From Rhodothermales bacterium (GTDB lineage: Bacteria; Bacteroidota; Rhodothermia; Rhodothermales; Bin80), in the NCBI GenBank assembly GCA_965261255.1, contig CBDHCQ010000004.1:3150604-3214603 (forward strand): a DNA stretch of 64,000 bases. The letters run 5' to 3'. The notes beneath the pieces are model-generated. The model made no database searches, was not told the origin of the DNA, and worked only from the letters and a program-made list of their open reading frames with translations. The stretch's first letter is position 1. Every line of letters begins with the position of its first letter. Made by a program: the position numbers and the translations under genes. Positions 57,319 through 64,000 of this stretch are shown here, piece after piece.

Positions 57319-58123
57319 GGCAGAGCGCTCCGCACAGACCTCCCGTCGTGCGCTTCTTCACGAAATTCTGTTTGAGAGCGGAACTCCACGAGGGAGGTGG
57401 ACCGACATCGTTCTCTTTATTCTCATCGTGGCAAGCGTAGTAGCTGTCATGCTCGAGAGCATCGATACGGTGCGGTATCGTCATCAGGATTTGCTGTTAG
57501 GTCTCGAATGGATGTTCACGATAGCCTTCACGGTGGAGTATGTGCTTCGACTATACAGTGCCAGGTATCCCGGGAAATATGCCCGCAGCTTTTTTGGTGT
57601 TGTTGATCTAATTGCAGTGGTTCCGACTTATTTAAGTCTTCTTCTGCCTGGCGCCCAGGCATTGATCGTGATCAGAATTCTGCGCTTAATGCGTGTTTTT
57701 CGTGTACTGAAACTGGTTCAGTACAGCAGAGCCGGAATCCATTTGCTTTTTCTGCTCCAGGAAAGCTGGAGACGGATATGGGTGTTTGTGCTTGCACTGG
57801 CACTTCTGGTAACGACCATTGGTGCCGTAGCTTATTTAATTGAGGGCCCGGAGAATGGTTTTACCAACATTCCTCTAAGTATGTATTGGGCGGTGGTCAC
57901 TCTAACGACCGTCGGATATGGGGATATCTCCCCGCAAACGCCGCTAGGGAAATTTTTTGCGGCTTTGGTCATGATAATAGGTTATGCAATCATCGTCATG
58001 TCAATCAGTATTGCTGGTCGACATATCAAGCGAACGATACCATGCGTGCGTTGCAAGGAAACGAAACAGGAGAAAGGTGCAGCCTTTTGCAAGCACTGTG
58101 GACATAAATTCCATCAGCACTAA
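57299..58123 (+). CDS. Voltage-gated-type (6TM) potassium channel with C-terminal zinc-ribbon tail
   Basis: S4 'IRILRLMRVFRVLKL', selectivity filter 'TLTTVGYGD', C-terminal 'CVRCKETKQEKGAAFCKHCG'. The GTG start overlaps the Nudix gene by 20 nt. Confidence 0.85.
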   Translation: MEEQENKAERSAQTSRRALLHEILFESGTPRGRWTDIVLFILIVASVVAVMLESIDTVRYRHQDLLLGLEWMFTIAFTVEYVLRLYSARYPGKYARSFFGVVDLIAVVPTYLSLLLPGAQALIVIRILRLMRVFRVLKLVQYSRAGIHLLFLLQESWRRIWVFVLALALLVTTIGAVAYLIEGPENGFTNIPLSMYWAVVTLTTVGYGDISPQTPLGKFFAALVMIIGYAIIVMSISIAGRHIKRTIPCVRCKETKQEKGAAFCKHCGHKFHQH

Positions 58124-58304
58124 AGAATAGGAGCTCTATACGCGAGTAACCACAGAGATTAGGTATATAACTAGCAAGTGCCTTGTCCCCAGGTAAGGAA
58201 CAATGAAGGGGAGTTATATTCAGATCCGTATCAGTTTTGCTCCTGCGACCGTGTTTTAGTTGGCCTGAATTTCCGGGGAGTTTTAGTCAGGCTAGCTGTA
58301 CCAA

Positions 58305-58832
58305 TTGGACCAACTGGAACAAGAGGTACGCAGAATTGAGGCCGATTTAGCGGCGCTTGCCAGTGAAGCGCCCGTCAAGGTCTTGATGGCCTTCCGGGGC
58401 ATTGGCTTGGTAAGCGCGTCAACGCTGATCTTTGAGTTAGGCGATATCCGGCGTTTTGCACATCCGCGTCAGCTGATGGCGTATCTGGGACTCGTGCCAA
58501 GCGAGCACAGTTCGGGGAATCGCACAAAACGGGGTGGCATCACCAAAACCGGCAATGGCCATGTGCGAAAAACTGTCATCTCCGCCGCATGGAAGTATAC
58601 CAGTCCCCCGCGATGCAGTCGGGTGCTAAAAGAACGGCAACAAGCAGTGTCCGCGGAGGTCGTCGGCATAACCTGGAAAGCCCAACGCCGACTGTACAAA
58701 CGCTTTCACAAACTGCGTCAGACGAAACTACCATGTGTCGCCAACACCGCGCTTGCGCGCGAACTGGTCGGCTTTTTGTGGGCAGCGCTGCACTTGGATA
58801 ATCCATTGATCACTCCCAACGTGCGTGCCTGA
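58305..58832 (+). mobile_element. IS110-family transposase, C-terminal half only (truncated remnant)
   Basis: 'FRGIGLVSASTLIFELGDIRRFAHPRQLMAYLGLVPSEHSSG...GITKTGNGHVRK' = IS116/IS110/IS902 C-terminal domain. The N-terminal DEDD domain is missing. Confidence 0.8.
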
Positions 58833-59189
58833 GTCATGGCTTATGGGGAAGCGATTGGCACGGTAGGAGAACCCACGGAAATTCCTTGCGCTAGTCGACA
58901 GCTTGCCGATGAACGCGCGTTTTTAGATCGTGGCAGCTCCATACGAAACCGAAATCATGCGTTACCGTCCCTCGAGACCCAACACGCGAATACCAGACTG
59001 ATTAGCCGTCGAAGCCGCCATCTCGCTTCTCCATAAGTCCATAATATTCATCTCCCCTCAATGGGAACCTTTTTTGAGCTGGGCAAAGACTGTGTATTGG
59101 TCTTTTTTGCAGGTATTGACAGTGTAAAGCCTTGTTTTCTGCGATTGGATCGGGCTTGCACGGACTTTCGAATCTGTTCAACAAATTCC

Positions 59190-60815
59190 CCCTTATGGTG
59201 AACTCATATCCAAGCTTGGGTGAGCCGCTTTTTGTGCTTCCCAGCAACCGTTCAATCCAGATCAAATCGGCTGGCAGCAGCCGTACGAGCTCGGATGCGG
59301 GAGCGTTGTTAATGCGGTAGGTCATTGATCGAACGGGGATCGTCAAATTTTTGGAGGATCGGTTGTACGATCCCCGGGATCCGGATCGTATCAAATACCC
59401 GTTGGCGCAGTTGCTTATGCAATGGCTACTCCATTTGATTCAGGGCTGGGGTGGATTGTGGGCGGAGCAAGTGCGTATGGATCCATCTCTTAGCGCAGCG
59501 AGCAATCCGAGACGTGGGGATGGGGTAGTCGATTCGGGGGGATTAGCGTCGCAGTCCACGCTGTCGCGCCTATCATGTCTGCTTGGCAGAAAGGAGAATC
59601 TCGCCGTCCTGCGGGCCACGGTTCTGAGACTGGCGACGGAGCATCTGCTGGTCAGCAACGGGGGCAAGCGTCGCAAGGAAGTGGTCGTTGACGTGGATGC
59701 GATGCCGCTGGAGGCGCACGGCAAGCAGTCAGGCAGCAAGTATAACGGATACTACAAGCGTACGGTTTTTCTGCCCTTGTTTGCTTCGTGTGCAGAGACG
59801 GGGGATGTGCTTGGGGCAGAGGCGCGTCCGGGCACGCAGCGGGAAGTCACCGACTGCGAGGACTTTATTATTTCCATTGCGAAGGGGTGCGCAATCACCT
59901 TGCCGATCGCGTCATTGTTCAACTGGATGCGGGCTTTAACGGTAAGGAGCTCTATACTCGCCTGGAAGCAGAAGCGGTTTATTATCTGATGCGTCTTCGC
60001 AAAAACGCGGTGCTGGACGAGATGGCGGCGCCGTATCTGAGCGATCGTTCGTCTGCGCAGACGGAATACTTTGAATTGTCGTATCAAGCGCAGTCTTGGG
60101 CGCGTGCCCGCCGGGTGATTCTGGTGGTGAAGCCCCGTCCGGGGGAACTGTTTAACGATCATCACTTTTTGATCACGAATCTGGGCGAGGAGTTGTACAC
60201 GGGGCAGGAGCTGGCCCTGCTGTACAGTCGGCGCGGCAAGGCAGAGATGCATCAGGGGTAGATGAAGGCCGCCTGTGAGTTGTCGCTTCCGTCCTCGCCC
60301 CGTCCCAAGTCGCATTACCGTCAGGTTCCGATTGTGCGCGAGGAAGCGCCGGAGGCCGAAGCAAGTGCGCGGGAGCCTGAGATTCGCGCAGAGAATGAAG
60401 CCTATCTTCTCATCCAGCTACTGGTCTACCAGTTGATCCACAGTGCTCGGAGTCTCTATCACAGTCCACCCCCACCGCTGGAACCTGAGCCGGATGAAGA
60501 ACCCCCGATGCAGCGCACGGCGGATCTGTGTGAAGCAGCGCCATCTGGAACCCCGTTGGAAGAATCCCTGGATCTCGTCCCGGAGACCGCGATGGATTCG
60601 TCTGCCAGTGTGCAGGAAAGCACTGCCCTGATCGCGGAAGAAGCGCCGCACCTGCACATTCACTCCTTTAGACTTCAACTGCTGAAGGTCGGGCTGCGCT
60701 GGCGCGCCATGGTCGCTATGTGACGTATTATATCGCCGCGTCCGCGATGCAGGCGTGGCAGCGTTTCTGGAGCCACTTTCAGCAGTTGCGCTGGTACACG
60801 GTGCCTGACTTCTGA
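59190..60815 (+). mobile_element. IS1380-family transposase pseudogene (in-frame TAG at 59318-59320 and 60259-60261, frameshifts near 59880 and 60700)
   Basis: Pieces in different frames: 'SSDAGALLMR*VIDRTGI', 'VVVDVDAMPLEAHGKQSGSKYNGYYKR', 'VIVQLDAGFNGKELY', 'HHFLITNL', 'LLYSRRGKAEMHQG*', 'FRLQLLKV...'. Together these are co-linear with IS1380 transposases. Confidence 0.7.
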
Positions 60816-60877
60816 CCTCGCGTATCTCCGCCGAGATGCCCCTCGGAGCGAATTCTTAAAACAAGGAACACCACCGC

Positions 60878-61864
60878 ATGGGATCGGACGGTACCTGCGG
60901 CGCGCACAGTCCTGGAATTTACTCAGATCCAACGGAAAATACCCCGCACGGCCTCATTCTCAGCCCAGATCAGCGAACACTACGCCACAATTCTTACTCC
61001 ACACTAACAGCCCCAACGAACCCCCAGTCAAATGCACTTGCTGGTGCATGGATAAAGGTCGTGATGAATAATATGGTATTTGATCCTGGGGATCGGGAGG
61101 TCATTGAGCTCAACGATCACCTGGAGGTATATGAGGTTCGGGCAAAGGAGGAGGTTCGGATCTATTGCCGTTCCTCGCAGCGGGGGAAGAAGGAGCGGGC
61201 GATGATTGCCCGTCGCAGGGAGCGATTTGAGACACAGTTACAGCAGTTGGACGAAGGGCTATCCCGGCCGCGGACCCGGAAGCGACTGGATCTGGTTCGG
61301 GCACGGATTGATCGGATGAAGCGGGACAGCGACGGGATTGGGCAGCACTACGAGATTGACGTGATTGCAGATGAGGAGAAAAAAAACGCCGTGGAAGTCA
61401 AGTGGACGGCCCAGCCCAAAGACAATACCATGTGGACGGATCCGGGAACGTACATATTGCGATCCAATGTGAAGGAGTATACGACCGAACAGTTTTGGCG
61501 GACGTTTGTGCTGCTGACCGATCTGGAAGCGGTCTTCCGGTCTCTGAAAAGCGAGTTGGGATTGCGTCCGGTCTTTCACCGGACGCAACATCGCGTCGAA
61601 GGACACCTGTTTATCACCGTGCTTGCCTATCAAGTCGTACAGGTCATCCGAACCCGCCTGCGGCAAAAACGCGTGACCTGGTGCTGGAATACGATTCGCA
61701 ATCATTTGTCCCCGCAACGGCGAGCAACCTACACGCAAAAACTCAAGGAAGGAGGCGCCGTGCACACGCGAGTCACCTCCGAACCCGGGTTCTATCAGCG
61801 GGAGATCTATGAAGCATTAGACATAGATCCGATCCCTTTACCCACCGTATCCACAACCGTCTGA
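60878..61864 (+). mobile_element. IS1634-like (IS4 superfamily) transposase, C-terminal fragment
   Basis: 'GTYILRSNVKEYTTEQFWRTFVLLTDLEAVFRSLKSELGLRPVFHRTQHRVEGHLFITVLAY' (YREK-region pattern). The N-terminal ~60 codons of the track ORF are non-homologous read-through. Confidence 0.65.
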
Positions 61865-62037
61865 ACAAAAACTCCAAGTTCCCGTAGTGCCCTAATGGAC
61901 CCAAAACAGGCCAAAATCGGCCTGTGGCTGCACCAAAACCAGTTTTTATGTCAAAGTCGGGTTGGTGGAAGGAAACAACCATAAGGTATACGAAAAAGTG
62001 TTCAATTAGTGCAAGTTTAATTGAGCTGCGCAACCAA

Positions 62038-63390
62038 TTACGCCAATTCGGGCAGTGCATCCGCTTGCAGTCGGCACATTTCAGCAAGGAAACTGGCCGC
62101 GCTCCGATAGGAGTGAATAGTGGGATCAAGCAATAACGCCTGCAGAAGGGTATGTCGGCTCTTGTCAGCATAGGCATCTACCAGCAACCGATTAATGGAA
62201 CATTGGGTGCGCAGCAAGGCCAATACCGGTTCTGGAAGCTGTGGCATGTGCGCCGGATGCACGCCATCGGAGTCCACCCGGGCTGGAACTTCAACAATTG
62301 CGTCCTCGGGCAACCCCGGGACCGCTCCATGGTTGACGACATTGACCGCGTCCAGGGCTTGTGCATGGCCAGCGGCCATGCCTTCCATTATAGGGATGGC
62401 GAGCTCTCCGGATGGCACCAGAGGGTCAGCGTCCAGGCCTTTCGTTTCCTCACCTGCGCGGCCAGGGCTAAACAGGGCATGTTCGGTGGCTTTTTCGTGC
62501 AGGTTGTAAATCCATTTCGGCACCGGTCCGGTTTCCCATGGATGGCCGTCGACCGGGTCATAGTAAAACTGAAGCAGTGAGCTGCCCAGAAATTCTGCGG
62601 CCCATCGGATATACTCACCGATATGGTTGGTGCCCGGCGAGGGATAGAGCCCGAATACGCGCAGCAGGATGCGGCTCAAGGCCATTTCATCCCACTCGCC
62701 CAGGGGATGCGCCTTTCGCTCCCGCTTTCGCAACACGGGGTAAAGGTCCTCGCCGGTGGATCGCCGGGTAATGGACTGGAACCAGGTAATATGGTTCAGG
62801 CCGCTGGCCCGCGCATCAATATCATCTGCCGGAATATCCAACAGGCGGCTAAGCTGCTGTTTTCCATGAAACACGCCGTGGCACAGCCCAATCATTCGAA
62901 CAGACGACAATCGCGTCAAGGCTTCACACAGTTTGGTTAGGGGATTGGTGTAATTGAGCAGCCAGGCATTCGGGCAGACACGCTCCATGGCCCGTGCAAT
63001 TTTAAGCATTGGCGGCATGTTGCGCAGCGCATGGAACAGACCGCCCGGGCCGCCATTTTCTCCATAGATCTGGTTAAACCCGAACAAACGCGGGACATGA
63101 AAATCCTGCGCCCAATAGAAGTAGCGCTGGCGCTCAATCGCGACGACCACATAGTCTGCCCCATCCAACGCCTGGGCCAGGTCAGTTGACGCATGAATGG
63201 ACATCTTGCGTCCAAGCCTTCGCGCGACGTTTTCCGCATAGGCTTCCATCGCTGGCAGACGCGCTGCACTGACATCCATCAGCATCAACTCAACCCCTAG
63301 CGCGCAGAGTGTGTCACTGAGGCAGACATCGCGGATCGTCGCCGGGCCAAACTCCCGGCTTCCCGCACCCACAAGTACTATTTTGACCAT
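62038..63390 (-). CDS. Glycoside hydrolase family 4 (NAD+/Mn2+-dependent alpha-glucosidase/galactosidase type)
   Basis: 'KIVLVGAGSREFG' Rossmann N-terminus, 'NYTNP', 'GLCHG'. Start moved to ATG 63390 (MVKIVLVGAGS). Confidence 0.85.
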   Translation of the reverse strand: MVKIVLVGAGSREFGPATIRDVCLSDTLCALGVELMLMDVSAARLPAMEAYAENVARRLGRKMSIHASTDLAQALDGADYVVVAIERQRYFYWAQDFHVPRLFGFNQIYGENGGPGGLFHALRNMPPMLKIARAMERVCPNAWLLNYTNPLTKLCEALTRLSSVRMIGLCHGVFHGKQQLSRLLDIPADDIDARASGLNHITWFQSITRRSTGEDLYPVLRKRERKAHPLGEWDEMALSRILLRVFGLYPSPGTNHIGEYIRWAAEFLGSSLLQFYYDPVDGHPWETGPVPKWIYNLHEKATEHALFSPGRAGEETKGLDADPLVPSGELAIPIMEGMAAGHAQALDAVNVVNHGAVPGLPEDAIVEVPARVDSDGVHPAHMPQLPEPVLALLRTQCSINRLLVDAYADKSRHTLLQALLLDPTIHSYRSAASFLAEMCRLQADALPELA

Positions 63391-63543
63391 ATCACCGCTG
63401 GAGCTTAGAAATAAGGGGCTTCCGTTTTCCAAGTGGGTAGGATGTCAGAATTAGGATGAACGAGTGTTAGTCGTAAAAGGTTTGGGATTGATTTCGTTGT
63501 TATTTTGGTTCTGTTTTTCGATTCAGTTCAAATTTCATCATCT

Positions 63544-64000
63544 ATGGCTCTACGGATTGAAGATATCAATCATCTATTAGGGATTTCCCCTCCGTGGGAG
63601 GTCTCGGAGATCAAGCAAGATAAAGCGAAATTCACGGCGGAGATTCACGTGGTCTGTTCGGACCGTTCAGTTCTTCGGTGTCCAGACTGTGACAAAGTCT
63701 GTCCGGGTTACAATCATCGTCTTCGGAAGTGGCGTCACACGGGGATCTGCGACTATCGGACGCAAGTGGTGGCGCACGTTCCACGGGTAATGTGTTCGGA
63801 GCATGGGATCAAGACTGTTTCGGTGCCCTGGACAGAAGCGCGCGTGCATTTTACGACGGCGTTTGAGGCGCGTGTAATCGAGTGGTTACAGGATGCCACC
63901 AGTATTTCGGCCGTGGCTTCACGGATGGGGGTGAGTTGGACGATGGTTGCCCATATCTGTGTGGATGAAACCTCCTCCAAAAAGGGGCACAACTACATTA
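63544..64000 (+). mobile_element. ISL3-family transposase, N-terminal part, running off the window edge (absent from the ORF track)
   Basis: My own translation from ATG 63544 is stop-free to base 64000: MALRIEDINHLLGISPPWEV...LRCPDCDKVCPGYNHRLRKWRHTGICDYRTQVVAHVPRVMCSEHGIKTVSVPWTEARVHFTTAFEARVIEWL... This is the zinc-finger/HTH N-terminus typical of ISL3. 'VSWTMVAHICVDETSSKKGHNYI' looks shorter than usual, suggesting an internal deletion. Confidence 0.75.

Noticed and set aside
60262-60723. 153-aa ORF with a PPPPLEPEPDEEPP tract, as a possible stand-alone gene
   Set aside because: Its ends are co-linear with the C-terminal region of IS1380 transposases (...NEAYLLIQLLVYQLIH..., ...FRLQLLKV...). 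It is a frame of the broken transposase, not an independent gene.

Overview
64-kb chromosomal window, most likely from an FCB-group bacterium. Two ORFs end in Por/T9SS C-terminal sorting domains, bshA is present and lipoproteins are frequent, so it looks Bacteroidota/Rhodothermota/Balneolota-like; the phylum call is inference only. I count about 45 credible protein genes and one ncRNA (SRP/4.5S RNA, absent from the ORF track). I saw no rRNA, tRNA or CRISPR array. Core blocks: nadE; secreted amidohydrolase + TPR/peptidase-MA + DUF4159 + MoxR ATPase; beta-CASP MBL hydrolase, tal, GAF-PP2C phosphatase, UPF0173 hydrolase; pdxJ-era facing pdxB; bshA; thyA...folA; ggt; ribBA-yajC-ffs-priA; Nudix + Kv-type K+ channel. 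Plastic content: (1) Six clear paralogues in two subfamilies (A1-A3, B1-B3) of a secreted/lipoprotein 'GEGPGE[YF]' beta-propeller-like family. Subfamily A is a 3 x 1.83-kb tandem array bracketed by a perfect 23-bp direct repeat; subfamily B is spread by ~2-kb segmental duplications. A1, A2, B2 and B3 carry the same palindromic half-site (CAAAATG/CATTTTG) upstream. (2) A 0.83-kb direct duplication (3' end of a Tm-1-like gene plus a cupin gene) flanking another lipoprotein gene. (3) A two-gene module of a Panacea (DUF4065) domain protein plus a small two-TM protein, with a palindrome over a TATAAT box; candidate toxin-antitoxin/defence pair. (4) An orphan GIY-YIG/DUF4357 nuclease gene. (5) A MamK-like actin and a cell-wall amidase sitting between thyA and folA. 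(6) An S8 protease fused to 17 plant-type LRRs. (7) A 6-kb 'IS graveyard' at the right edge (IS110, IS1380, IS1634, ISL3 fragments) around a GH4 glycosidase. All family assignments come from motif recognition by eye; none was verified by a database search.
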